Below are positions 1-14,369 of a stretch of 64,000 nt of DNA, in pieces. Position 1 is the first letter of the stretch. Every line of letters starts with the position of its first letter. The stretch covers positions 930,001-994,000 of the forward strand of contig NW_027117344.1 of assembly GCF_038025025.1 (NCBI RefSeq), given 5' to 3'. The stretch comes from Phyllosticta citribraziliensis. Lineage: Eukaryota. The notes below the pieces were generated by a model. That model did no database searches, was not told the origin of the DNA, and saw only the letters and a program-made list of their open reading frames with translations. Made by a program: the position numbers and the translations under genes.

Positions 1-1674
<1,674 letters not shown>

Positions 1675-2268
1675 GCGGAGTGGTTCTTTTGAGGAATAGG
1701 TTTCAAACGTTGGGGGGTTTTGTGTTTTTACGGCATCATGGCATCTCTCTGCAGCATCGAACTGCATATATGAATAAAAGCGATTTTACTGTATCAAACT
1801 GTTGTCATGCCACCACTCTGGAGCTCCGTATCGAGTAACGCATAGCCTGGGTGAAATATTAGATATTTGCCCACTTTCTTTGAATCCTAACTTGAAATTA
1901 AACCTGTAGAGAAATCAATTCGAACTTCAAAAGCACTATTGCAAACAGATGTGATATTGGTTCTCTGCATTTGTCGTCGTTGGAGAGAGCAGACCGTGCG
2001 CTTGATGACGAAACCGACATCTGATGGTCCCTGCCGGGTACAAGCTCAGGTCGGTGCGCGTCCAGTAGACGTCGCATCGCAAACGTGCCGCAGCTCCAAT
2101 CCCAACACCTCTATTCAGGGCAGATCCCACCAACTCGCAGAACATCATCCTGCACACCGGCAAGCAAGAGAAGGTGAAATACCGTCAATCGACCTCAGCA
2201 GCCCAGTCCTGCCACATCTTTCGCCCACCTACGATTGACCGCAACCCGACCTCCACCACACCTCGAAC

Positions 2269-3299
2269 ATGACCAGCACAACGCCGCAACCGCCGTACTC
2301 GCCATCGCCCTCGTCGCACCTGCGCACCAGCAGCATACCAACGACAGCGGCATCGCCCTACCCCGCCGCCGCGAACAACAACACCTCATTCAACTACCCG
2401 CCACACTACAGCTTCCCGCCCTTCTTCACGCTGCAGCCCGTGCTCAGCACGCGCACGTCGCAGCTGGCGTCGTGGTCGGCCTTCATCCAGTCGTACTGCC
2501 GGCACCAGCGGCGCTTCGTGCTGTCGCTCGTCGACGCGCTCGACTCGGACCTGTTCTGGAACCGCCGCATCGGCAAGCGGCTCAGCGCCCAGGACGCCCG
2601 CGCCGTCCTCTCGTACATGGCCAGCGCCGAGGGCGGATACAGGGCCGAGTGGGTCGACGGCGCCGCGGATGGCGGCGGCGGTGGGGGTGGAGCTGGTGCG
2701 GCGGCGGCGTCGCTGGTTGGGGGGTTGGGCGGCGCTGCGGGGAGGGGGTCGGCCGTGGCGGGTGAGGGCAATGCGTCGGGGAGGATGTGGATATACTGGC
2801 GCAGGCCGGAGGAGTGGGCGGGTGTGTTGGAGGGCTGGGTAAGTTGGTCTGTTTTATTTCGTTGTGGGACAAGAAATTGCTCTCCAAGGGGTTGCTGCTG
2901 GGGGTGGTGCTTTGGAGGGGGCTGTCTGATGTCCTTCTTGCTCTTCCCGTTCTTCCTAGGTCTTCTATGTTGGGATTTTACGCTGATATCATGGCGCTGC
3001 AGGTCGACGCAACAGGCCAGAAGAACACGGTCCTCACCCTCTACGAGCTCACCGAGAGCGACGCGACGGCATCGCAAGGTAAACCATCCTCCATCTCCTC
3101 TGTCCCTCACTTCCTTCCCTCCAAACCCGCTGATCCCCCGACTTCCACACTCGCCGCCGCCATGGCTAACTCATCGCCCCACGCAGAATTCCACGGCATG
3201 GACGCCTCGCTCCTCCAGAAATCGCTGCAGGTGCTGGTCAAGCGCGGCAAGGCGCAAATCTTTGGTAGCGACGACTCGCTGGGCGTCAAGTTCTTCTGA
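2269..3299 (+). CDS. vps25: ESCRT-II subunit Vps25; introns 2839-3002, 3079-3186
   Basis: N-terminal YPPHYSFPPFFTLQP, IYWRRPEEW, NTVLTLYEL, EFHGMD and C-terminal GVKFF after splicing at GT-AG sites. Confidence 0.95.
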
Positions 3300-5680
3300 T
3301 CCTAGCTGGTACCGTACATGTTCGGCAGCACACGTGGCGTTTTGTTCTGATCTTTCTTGCTTCTTTGAGATACCCCTCCCCAAACGATACACATTTGTGT
3401 GAGGAGATTGATGTGCGGTTGTAGAGTCGAGTAGGGCGAGTGAGTGAGTAAGTGAGTGAGGAGAAGACTTTGTCCTTATTGTGGCTTGCTGTCTCTGGCG
3501 ATAGTTTGCGGTTGCGGGGAGAAAAAGACGTGCAGTCTTTCGGCGGCGGCGCTCCCTACCTACACCAAGAGCAACAACAGCACATGGAGAAAAAGCAAAA
3601 AGAACAAACCAAGCTCTATGATAATTGCGCCTCTGCTTATCCAAGCTACCAGACAGCCGCTGCGTCGTGGCGCATTAATTCGTCCATCACTGCCGTACCC
3701 GTGACTGTATTGCAGTACGATCAGCACGCTCTACGCTCCATTTTCCCCTTTTCCTTGCGCGTCCACCTCCTCTTCTCCGTCTTTTGTCTGTTCCAGTCTC
3801 GTTCCACAACAACCACCTTTTTCGGCCGTCATGCCAGCAACATGTTTGTATCTACATACATAAGTTCCGCCGAAACGAGACGGAACGAGTCACTGTCAAC
3901 AACGCGATGGAGCCCGTGCATAGAGCATAGCGCATGGGTAGTGTGTGTAGTGGCGCGTAGAGAACAGTTGAGTGTGAATGAGCAGCCGCGAACGAGACAG
4001 GCAGGCCAGCTGGGGGCGATGTGGGTAAAGGGGCTAAGGCAAGGTCAAGTAAGACGGTACCAAGTGAACAACAACAACAGCAACAACAAGAGCAGGAGAG
4101 AAAGACAGCAGGGCTATCGGTAAGTCGCGCCAATTCCACGCACTGACCAATCTTTGCAGCTGGAAAGGAATCTAGGTATCTGGGCCGGTGACTTGTCTGT
4201 CTGGGTGCCGAGCTCTCAGAGGACACTCACTCATTCACTACTTACTTACTGGTCGAGCAACCAGATACAAAAAGGTGGCAATTTGGTCAGAACAATACAA
4301 AATAGCCATCTATGGCTATGTACACCAGGGCTGGCTGACCAACCATCACCACACATGCCCATCTATGCCTCTGCATGTCATCCAAGTCAACGTGCGGCGA
4401 ACGGCATAAAGCAGCCCCCACTCACTCATCTACGCGCATGGGGAAAACGGCCAGAGGCGGGCACATACATTCCTACGCGCCTACCCACCTCGCCTGTCCC
4501 TAGCAAAGACACGCGGGGGCGGTGGAGGGGAAGGGAGAAATGGCGGATAGGCTGCAGGCAGATTCCAACAACAGCAACAACATCGCGAAGACGCCGAAGA
4601 AGGCGAAGGAAGGGCGGAAACGGCGGAAACGCGCGCAGGCGATACGCACGCAAGGCAAGGCGATGGAAAAGGGCGCGGAAAAGAGCGAGCGAGCGAGACA
4701 GACGACGGGGTGCCGGTCGGGTCGGGTCAGGTCCGCCATCAGCCGTCCTCCTCTCGACTGTTTTCGCTGCTCGTCATGCGTGGGTTGGGTTCGTCAATCG
4801 TTCAGTGAGTGGTCAGCACGCATAGGGCGGGGTAAGAAGGGCAATGAGGACACGAGACAAGGTGCGCCATGTACACAAGTTGCGTCGAAGTCTTGTCGTC
4901 TGCTGCTGCTAGGTCGGGTATCTAGGCAGCAGGCTGGGTGGTGGGTTTTGGCTTGGGACGTGTATGTATCATGAGATGGATTGGGGGCGGCGATGTGTGC
5001 CGGGAGCCAGGTGTATGGCTGGCAGGCAGAGCCGATGGGCCAGACGCCGGGTAGACGGGGAAGCATGGGGGCAGGTGACTCGATGCGAGGCGAATCGGAT
5101 CAGCTCGCTCTGTCTCTCTCGCCTGCGGACAGAGTTACTCTTTCAGATCAAGGAACAGAGGAGCGAATGACCTCGGGATGATGGGAACACAATCGGCTGC
5201 ATTCGTGACAGGACATGACATTATTCGTGGTTTGGTATTATTTATGCCAATGGCTTCGAGAGTATTTTGGTACACGGAACAGACCAACAGCTCTTGTCTT
5301 TGCGAAGACCCAGGGAAGATGTGGTGGTGGTGCGGCGCGATGTGAATAGGGAAAACCAAGCTGTCATTCGCCGACACAATGAGAATTGGTATACGTTGTA
5401 TCCAGATGAAGAAAACGGTCGTGGATGGGTGGACGGGCAGGCAAGCGGGGTCAGTCGGGTCGGAGAGTCAGTGTCAGATCAAGTGTTTGGTTTGGTGTGT
5501 GGGGTGCATGCATTGAGCAGCTGGTGCCTCATTCGAAAAAAGCAAGTCTGGGCCGAGGTGTTGATCAAGTCAAATGCTCCTCTCGCAATTGGACCCTTGC
5601 CATGTGCGCCCAGGGTTGGCGCAGGGACAGAGTGGGATGATTTTTTGTTTTTGTTTTTGCGGAGATTGTCGGCCCACAAC

Positions 5681-6813
5681 TCATGGCTGCTGAATCTGTT
5701 GGTTTTGAGCCACGGCAGCGGCAAGACCTTCGGGGGCCTGGCGGAAGAGGACGATTTCCGATTGCTTGAAATAGCGGCGCGCGTCTGCTCGGCGTCAGTA
5801 CAGGCCAGGCATCGAGCTGGGGTTGCTTGCCTTCGTCTATCAAGACCAAGCTGAGATAGTAGCGTGTCGAGTATTTCTTGTTGACTTCGCGGAATGTGGG
5901 GGTCAAGTCGAAGCCGCCCAGGAAGAGTCTAATGGGAATCGTCTCGCCTTGGACATGTCAGCCAGAGTCGCGTCAGTGGCGCCGACAAGCTTACCTCGGG
6001 ATGGAGAACCGTCCATGATCTGTAGTCTAAATCAGCGCATGTGTAGAAGGCGGTGAGGGTTGTACAAACCTCGAAGCGCACCAACGTCTCGCTCTCGTTG
6101 TACTGATTGGGCGGGGCTCCTGTTGTCTCGCGGCGAATGATGGACAGCTCCATGTGTTTTATCTTTAACCGCACAAGCAGGAAGTAGATTCTCCCTACAA
6201 TGACATCCTTGAGATGGTACTTTGATTTGGAGTACTCGAATTCAATGTGGAGGCAGTCTTCAATGCCGACGTCCATCTTGATGGAGCTGTTTGTCTCGGG
6301 GGGTATGCGATAGGAGTAGACCCAAATGTCCTTTTCCCGCACGACATCAGCCATTCTCCGCGACACGGTGACGCGCACAAAGTAGCGCAGGCGGACGTTG
6401 ATGCCATTGTATGACTCGTACTGCTTCTCGACGTTTTTGAAGTTGAAGTCGTAAGTCTGGGGGTGCTGGAGGTCGCCCGGGGCGGCAAGCTCTTGGCCGA
6501 GCGAGAGGAACTCGTAGTGGTTTCCGCGGTCAAAGAACATTTCTTGGGGGACGGGTCAGCAGAGCACCAGGTGACGCAGAGGCAGGCGGGACAGACCTAT
6601 GGTGCCAATGAACTGGACCTTGATGCCCATGTGCTCCAGGCGCTTGCCATCTTTGGGACGAATGGTGACCTGACCCTTGACAGATTCTCCATCCATGTAC
6701 AGAGGGACCTTTTCCCTGCGGTTCTTGTCCAGCTTGACGTCGACGGTGGCGCGCTCATCGCTGTCCTCGAGGACAATGTCAATGTCGACGGGGGTGGAGA
6801 AGAAGAGGGACAT
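5681..6813 (-). CDS. vps26: Retromer subunit Vps26 (Pep8); 4 introns, last one GC-AG (5785-5830)
   Basis: KRLEHMGIKVQFIG, KQYESYNGINVRLRY, SIKMDVGIEDCLHIEFEY, IMDGSPSRGETIPIRLFL, LIDEDARRYFKQSEI. Confidence 0.97.
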
Positions 6814-7897
6814 GGTGGGGGTGGACTCGTGCGGAGGGCGGAGGGGCGGTCAGAGAGGGAGGACGTGATTAAGCGCGTCGGAGCGCGTCGGTTCGAGGTA
6901 TTGGCGGAGGAGCAGAGGTTGGAGGGCCAGTTTGGTGCGCGTGGAGCGTAGCTCGAACGTCAGGCAGCGGAGCTGGGTGCATGGCGGCGGGCGGGAGCAC
7001 AGCTCAGGAGCTGGGGACGGGGCGGACGGGGTGTGGCTGACGGGGGGACTGTTTATCCGGGGCTGGCGGTGCAGTCGAGTGGCGCAGGCAGTCCTGGCGT
7101 CGTGTCTGTTTCCTTTGTGTTTCTAGAAGTCTCAGCCTTACCTACGGTACCCAACTGTACGAGACCCGACGGTGCACAGTGTGAGCAGCGACCGGACCAC
7201 GTCCCACGGCCCACGGCCCACGGCACAACCCACTCATTTGCCCAGACGCGCGCGAAATGCGACACATGGTTTGTTTACCAGCGCTGGAGGCTCCGGATGA
7301 GGCCACAGCCAGGGCAGCGGCAGCGGCAGCGGCAGCGGCGGCCGCTACGCAGCGCTAGGTGCGGTCCCAACCTACTGTACTACCGTACGACAAGGGACGG
7401 GAATCCGGTTGCCGATGCCCTGGCTGCCTGTACCCCCACGCGGCATCCCACGGGCAGTTCAAGCATTCAAAACAGCAAAAGACTTCTTCCATCCATCCAT
7501 GTCGCGGCCAGCGCACAGCACAGCAGAGCAGACCCGAGGCCAGAGCGTTCCGCTTCCGCCAAAGTTAGTTTGCCCAATGCAACTCAGGACCGCGCAACAG
7601 ATCTGCCTGCGCTCCCCACGCCAAGACAGATGCCCTCTTCAAACGCCGATGGCCTCCTATTCGCCCTGACCCCCCCGGCTTACGGTTCCCGCCCAGGCCA
7701 GTGATGTCAAGCGCCCTTGCGGCTGGCTGCACTGCCCTGGGCGAGCCCAAGGATGCCTCTGCCTTCATAATGCGAATCCGCGTCCGCTCCCACTTTAACC
7801 CCAAACCTCTCCCCTTCCTCTCAACTCTTCTCGTTTGATCCTCCAGCCCACCGCGTCCTGCCTTATCTTCCCTCGCCTCCTGCATTTCGCCCTCAAC

Positions 7898-8636
7898 ATG
7901 TTGACTTACGACAAGACCCCGAGCATCTATGGCTCGGCCCCGACAAACAACACCATGTCTCCTGCCCTTCCCACCACAAACGGCGTGCGCCCGCCTCCCC
8001 ACCACCGCCACATCTGGATCATCACTGGCCCCGCGGGCTGTGGAAAGAGCACCGTGGCCAAGTACCTGGCTGGCCAGCTCCAGCTGCCCTACATTGAGGG
8101 CGACGAGGTGGGTCTTGCTTGCGCTTGCCGACTCCATGCGCCGCACCGCACCGCTGACTCATCCCCCCCCCCCCCCCCCACAGTTCCACCCAAAGACCAA
8201 CATCGACAAAATGGCCGCCGGCATCCCACTCACCGACGCCGACAGGTGGGATTGGCTCATCCAGCTCCGCGAGGAGGCTGTCAAGCACCTCAATGTTGGC
8301 GCCTCGGGGGTTGTCGTCACTTGCAGCGCCCTCAAGAAGAAATACCGCGACGTTATCCGCGTCGCATCCTACAACAACGCCAATGTCGTCGTCCACTTCG
8401 TCTACCTCAAGGCCCCCAAGGAGTTGCTGCTCCAGAGAGTGCGCTCACGCGCCGGCCACTACATGAAGGACAACATGGTCAACAGCCAATTCGAAAGTCT
8501 CGAGGAGCCGAACGACGAGGAGCTGTCGCGAGACGTCCTGAGCGTCGACGTTAGCGGGGCCATGAGCGAGGTGCAAACGCTGGCCCTGAGAGTTGTCACC
8601 GAGGTGCTGAAGCGAGACACTCTGGTCTCGCCATGA
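7898..8636 (+). CDS. Gluconokinase (GntK/IdnK family); intron 8108-8183
   Basis: P-loop ITGPAGCGKST, EGDEFHP..NIDKM..GIPLTDADRWDWL, CSALKKKYRD, HYMKDNMVNSQFESLEEP. Confidence 0.93.
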
Positions 8637-9128
8637 CGGACGCATTTTCCTGTCTCGTTGTAATTCTGTTTGATATTTTCCTTGTCTCACTTGGCGAGCA
8701 TTGAGCGATGGCATCAAGGGCGCACTCAAAAGCGACAGCTTTGGTTAGGATCATGGAAGGCGTTGGAATCCCCGGTTTACCAGCATAGTACGTATCTAAA
8801 TTTACGTCGACACTTGTCTCTGCAAATCGAGCATCGGGCTTTGTTGTCGATGTCATCAGCCAAGGCCAAAGGGGTTTCTGGAGCCAGACAGGGACAGGCC
8901 AACGGGATCCATGCCATGGCACCTGGGCATCGATCTGATTCCGTCCGCCTGCTGACTCACCCCGCACTACTACCCCAGTCCCAGGCCCAATCCCCGCCCC
9001 AGCTCCAGCTCCAGCTCCTCCGCACTCCGCGCCCCGCTTACCGTCGGCTTTGTTGATGCATTCAACATCCCACCACAACTGGGATATATCCATCAGCCGC
9101 GCTGTCTTTTCATGAGTAACTCTTCACC

Positions 9129-10746
9129 ATGAGGCACTTCTTCACCGGCGTCGTCCGTCCTGCATCGAGACCATCCCTCCTGCTGAGCCCCCTCCGCGCT
9201 GCGACGCCTCCCTGCCATTGCCCCGCGCACCTGTTCCACGCATCGGCCAGACGCACAGTGGTCAAGCCGTACCTTTTGGCCGACATTGGCGAAGGTTTTT
9301 CCCCCTCCTCCCACATTTCCGGTCGCCTGCAGGGGCTAACGAAAATAGGCATCACCGAATGTCAAGTCATCCAATGGTTTGTTCGCCCGGGCGCCCGAGT
9401 CGAGCAATTCGACAAGATCTGCGAGGTCCAGTCGGATAAGGCCACTGTCGAAGTAACCGCCCATACTTTGCCGGACCCAGACATCATGTGCCAACCACTC
9501 AGCAGATTACATCTCGATTCGACGGCGTCATAAAGAAGTTGCACTATGAGGCAGATGAGGTGGCCAAGGTCGGCAAGGTTAGTTGCCAGGGCAGCAATGC
9601 ATCCACCATGCGGTTGACTGACTGCAGCCGTAGCCGTTGGTCGATATCGACATACAAGGCGAAATTTCCGCTGCAGACGCGGCAATCGTAGAGTCACCAG
9701 ACGTAGAGGCGCCCGCGCAACCCGGCCAAACATTACCGACGTCATCGGGGCAACCTTCAAAAGCAAGCGCTCCAGATGCGTCGACAGGGGAAACGCCCAT
9801 CCGTCCCAATCAGTCCTCGGAAAAGGCTATTCGTGGCAAATATGCCAATCTGGCCACACCCGCCGTTCGGCATATGCTCAAGCAGCTCAACGTCGAGATA
9901 ACCGACGTGCAAGGAACTGGAAAAGATGGGCGGGTACTCAAGGAGGACGTGCAAAGATTCGCTGCATCCAAGGTCAATCCACCACATCCAAGCGTTGCGG
10001 GCGCACCTCCAGCTCAGCTACCAGAGGATCTTACAGTCCCCCTGACGCCCATACAACGGCAAATGTTCAAGACCATGACCAAGTCCCTTTCAATCCCACA
10101 CTTTCTCTACACGGACAGCATTGACTTCACACCCCTCAACGACCTCCGCCGCAAACTCAACTCTACCAGCAACCTTCTCGCACCAACCCCTTGCCCCAAA
10201 CTCTCCGCACTCCCTTTCATCCTCAAAGCTGTGTCCCACGCCCTAACGCGCTTTCCCTCCCTCAACGCGCACCTCGACGATTCATCGCCCTCGTCGCCCA
10301 AGCTCATCCACAGGGCCTCGCACGACATCGGCATTGCCGTCGACTCGCCCTCGGGTCTGCTCGTCCCCGTTGTCCGCGCCGTTCAAGCGCACACCATCCA
10401 CAGCCTGGCAACCGAATTAGCACGCCTGTCAGCCCTCGCACGCGACGGCAAACTCGCCTCCGCTGACCTCGCCGGGCCCTCTTTTACCGTGAGCAATATT
10501 GGCAGCATTGGTGGAGGTGCTGTTGCTCCCGTCATTGTGCCTCCACAGGTCGGCATCCTCGGCGTCGGCCGCGCTCGCGCTGTCCCGGCCTTTGCACCCG
10601 ATGGCAGTGTTGTGAGGAGAGACGAGGCAGTGTTGAGCTGGGCGGCGGATCATCGCGTCGTTGATGGCGCCATGGTGGCAAGGTGCGCCGAGGTGGTGAG
10701 GGCGTGTCTAGAGGATCCGGCTGCGTGGCTGGTTGTCATGAAGTAG
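9129..10746 (+). CDS. Branched-chain alpha-keto acid dehydrogenase E2 (dihydrolipoamide branched-chain transacylase), mitochondrial; 3 introns in lipoyl domain
   Basis: LADIGEGITEC, lipoyl motif CEVQSDKATVEITSRFDG, E3-binding ATPAVRH...GTGKDGRVLKEDV, catalytic ADHRVVDGA; Arg-rich presequence. Confidence 0.95.
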
Positions 10747-12630
10747 CGTCGTTGTGCTACATGGCTGCTGTATGGCATCGGTGTTTATGTGTTGTTTCAT
10801 CTGTGCAATTCCTTTGTTGCATCTTGCATCATTCATTGCATTTGCATTGCATTTGCATTGCATAAAGAAAAGGAGACATACTTGGAAAAAGAGGGAAATG
10901 CAATTCTAGACCATTCTTCCACCAGCTGCTCGACTTTCTTCTCTTATTCTCTGTCAAGCTTTCTTCCACCGCTGACTGTTCGTTTCTCCCTATTTTCTCT
11001 CTCAATGCTCACAATCAATCTAGTCACGCGACACCACATACCACTCCCCGGGATCTCCCAACCTACATGCACCTACTCACCAAGCGACCCCTTCCCGGAG
11101 CGCACATACACACACAGTGTACCTTGGCCGTGCTGTGGTGCTTCCTCTCTCCTAATACCACACTTCACCGCACAGTCAGCAGTACGGCAAGCAAGCCTTG
11201 ACCGGCCGACGCAATGCGGCGGCAGGCGACGGTGGTGGCGGCGGCGGCAAGCAGCGGAAAAGCGGGCGACGCGGGCGGTTGTGGCGGTTGGCTTCGGCTA
11301 GAAGAGGTCGCTTCCAGGAGCTTCGCTGTTGTTTTGTGGGTGAGAGGCACGGGGGAACGGGGGTTGTCTCTGTGTTTGTCTCTGTGTTTGTCCCTCACTG
11401 TCTTGTCTGGCTTGGGTTGTTGCGAGGCGAGCAGGGAGGAAGACCGACGGTATGAGCTGCGGGACTTGTGTGTGCGTATGGGCAGTGTAGCCTTCATTGG
11501 GTGATGGAAGGGGCTTTCTCTTTGGTTACTTGTCAGTTTCTTCTAGTCATCATCGTGAGAGGATGAAATAGGTGTTGGATGCCAAAGACACTGTAGATAC
11601 AACGTGTAAACCCGCGAACCAAGTCGCGCCTTCACTAGTCAAACACTTATGGCTCTGCGAAGCTCTTCAAGCTATACTTCACAAACAGTTTTCAGTGACG
11701 CCCCGCCCGCCATACACAGAAACGTCCAACTTGCCTACTGCCCCAAGCGGCTAAGCTTTTCCGCACGACCCGCGGCGCCGGTTAAGCTTACTTAGCTCCT
11801 CTCGCGAAGACAGTTGCCTCTTTGGGCGTCGGGGCTCCTTCCTTTCTTTGTCAACAGCAGCAGCTGTATATCTGCGGCTGTGTCGGCGCGCTCTTGTTGC
11901 GATTGAGAGGCTACGGTAGGTGTCGAGACTAGACAGACTGTCATGAAGGCTAATTGAGAAGATTGAGAAGCATTTTTTGCTGCGTACGCCATGGAACTGT
12001 CTCTTCGTGGTAGGACAAGGTATGGTAGCTGTCTTCGCACAGCTATCCAAATCCGACTTACACACATCTCATCCATTCTTCCAAGCCGGCAGCCCGGCAC
12101 AGCGGATCTCGGCACCCACCACCAGACGAAATCCATCCATATGTAATCAGACGGGGAGACGGCTCACGGCAGCCAGAACCAGGAAACGACACCTTCTCGC
12201 CATACTCGTTGCAGCACAGGTTGCGCAAGAATCACCACAGGCGGATGCGCTTCCGCGTCGTGCGGTTGGCACGGAGCATTTTGGACGCCGTCGCTGCCGC
12301 TCGCCCAAGGGCACACCATGTACATGCAAGCGCGTAGCGGGAGCAGCAGCGCGGCTCCCGACTGGCGCGGTCGGATTTAAAGGGGGGTTTGGACATAGGG
12401 TCTGCCTTGGGTCCGATGTTCAAATAGTGCTGAATTTGTGTAGGCTGGACTTCGCTTCCCGGCTGTCTCTTTATCCTTTGATTTTGCTCCGCTGCTCGTC
12501 GTCGCCCGGTTATTTAACTTTGGTTGCCAACGCTGCCGTTTAAGAAGACGTGAATTACACCTGACAGACACCTCCGGTCTTCACGGCGGACAGAGTTGGA
12601 AAAGACGTTGCGCAAGAGGAGGAAGCAAAA

Positions 12631-14211
12631 ATGGCAGACCTGGACGCCCACGAGAATGCGAGCACCTTGGCATCTCCTCTGACCTTGGAGAGCGCCTACT
12701 CTGAAGGTAAGACGGATCCAGTCCACTCTGCACCGCCGTAGAGTAGACCACGACAACGAGCAAAGAGCAACAAGCCGAAAACAATTCTAACACACGGGTT
12801 ACGTTGTCGGAACAGAGCCGCCTTCGTACTACTACGAAAAAGACATAGACTCAGAGCGCCTCAAGCAAACCGACGCATACGAAATCCTGATCAAGCACAG
12901 CGGAATCCCAGAGCAAGACGTTCTGAAGCACGTCAAGGAGCAGGTGAGTCGCCGTCATCGGCCAGCAGCATAGCAGCACAGCAACACTGCCGAGCGTTAA
13001 CATATAACCTTGACGAATTGCCCATCTTTTCGGAGGTGGGGCGCTTGGGCGTGATGATTTTCCAAGTTGGAGTTGGTGGACTTGGAAAGTCATCACCCCC
13101 AAGCGCCCTTCCTCTTTTTTTGTTCTTTCCACTTTTTCTACCCCAAAAGAGCATGTGGTTGTGCGTCTGTTCGAGTCGGGCTTGGCGCTCACGTCTTTAT
13201 CATCTCTCTCCTGTCCTTTTTTGTTTTGTTCGTCCTACCTGTCCGATTTTCCGAAAGAGCCGAGAGAGGGAAACCAGCACGCTGACATGACATGTCGCTT
13301 GCACAGAGAGACAAGGCGTGGAAAATCTGGCCGTACCCGTGCATCGGAAAATGGCAGTTTCTCGACTGCGGCATCAGCAGCTCCGTCGCGTACTCCGAGG
13401 TCCTCGAGCGCGTCAAAAATGGCCAAATGTACCTCGAGGCTGGCTGCGCCTTTGGCCAGGATCTTCGCAAATTGGTCAGTGAGGCTCTCAACCAGAACAC
13501 TTGAAACCGCTCGACTTGGCAGCACTTCTCCTGCAGTCTATCGGGATGTATTCAAGTGGACTGCTCGTTCTCATTGTCAACCCATTGCCATCTGACGCAT
13601 AGAACAAGGTCAGCGACGGCGCACCGCCCGCCAACCTCATCGCCACCGACCTCTCCGACGACTTCTGGCAAGTCGGCTTCTCGCTCTTCAAAGACGAATC
13701 TCGACTCGGCGTGCGCTTCATCGCCGCCGACGTGACAGCCGCATCGAGCCCACTCACCGCGCCGCCGCCCGCTGGCATCGCCGGCTCCGTCGACATCATC
13801 CACGCGTCTTACTACTTCCACCTCTTCACGCGCGCCGAGCAGCTCGAAGTCGGCCAGCGCCTCGTCGGCGTGCTGCGGCCTGTGCCGGGGGTCTTGCTGG
13901 TCGGTCGCCACGTCGGCAACAGGTTTCCCGATGAGTATGTGAAAAAGTCTCCGCACAAGGACGGGAAGAGTGGGAAAACGGCGTTTCGTCACAATGAAGA
14001 AACATGGAGAGCGTTGTGGGATGAGATTGGACAGCGGACGGGGTCTAAGTGGGAGGTTGAGTACAAAGACTTTGATCTTGAGCCCAAGTGGGTGCCATTT
14101 GAGGCAAAGGGTTGTATCGTGCAATTTTGGGTGGTGAGGCGCGTAAGCAAAGAATCGTCTTTAGCTGCTTTCCTTGACTATGAAGGAGACAATGATCTTA
14201 TTCTTGCATGA
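12631..14211 (+). CDS. SAM-dependent methyltransferase (fungal AusD/Trt5-like family); introns 12707-12815, 12944-13306, 13475-13608
   Basis: Manual splicing gives ...KHSGIPEQDVLKHVKEQ|RDKAWKIWPYPCIGKWQFLD...YLEAGCAFGQDLRKL|VSDGAPPANLIATDL...DIIHASYYFHLF...LRPVPGVLLVGRHVG, matching this family; exact C-terminus less sure. Confidence 0.85.
13032..13115. repeat. Intronic inverted repeat forming a ~30-37 bp hairpin with a 10-nt loop
   Basis: 13039-13068 GGGCGCTTGGGCGTGATGATTTTCCAAGTT pairs with 13079-13108 GACTTGGAAAGTCATCACCCCCAAGCGCCC (one C-C mismatch, two G-U). Confidence 0.9.
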
Positions 14212-14369
14212 TATGTCTCAGATATTGTCGACCTACAGACACCATCTCAGGAATGAAATTCGCCCGATACCTGCCAATTCATACAGATCAGGTCGATCAT
14301 GCTTTGCGGGAAGGAGCCAGTAATGTGAAAATGCGGCCATTTCAATCGGAAAAACGCCCTGCGCAAACT

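Noticed and set aside
2269..6813. vps25 and vps26 adjacency as a functional endosomal cluster
   Set aside because: Different complexes, convergent orientation, no shared promoter; likely coincidence without synteny data.
8163..8179. C17 homopolymer in the gluconokinase intron
   Set aside because: Simple polypyrimidine run; length may be a sequencing artefact.
8634..8663. TGA-C stop read-through of gluconokinase to a cryptic PTS1
   Set aside because: Context is TGA CGG, not TGA CTA, and the extension ends VSL.
10750..12630. Short ORFs in the 1.9-kb gap upstream of the methyltransferase, and in gaps 43600-45400, 48600-50100 and 59700-61500
   Set aside because: No codon bias, motifs or consistent splice structure recognised.
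13051..13285. C box GTGATGA and D-like CTGA in the methyltransferase intron as a C/D snoRNA
   Set aside because: The C box is sequestered in the long stem and the CTGA is the intron branch point.
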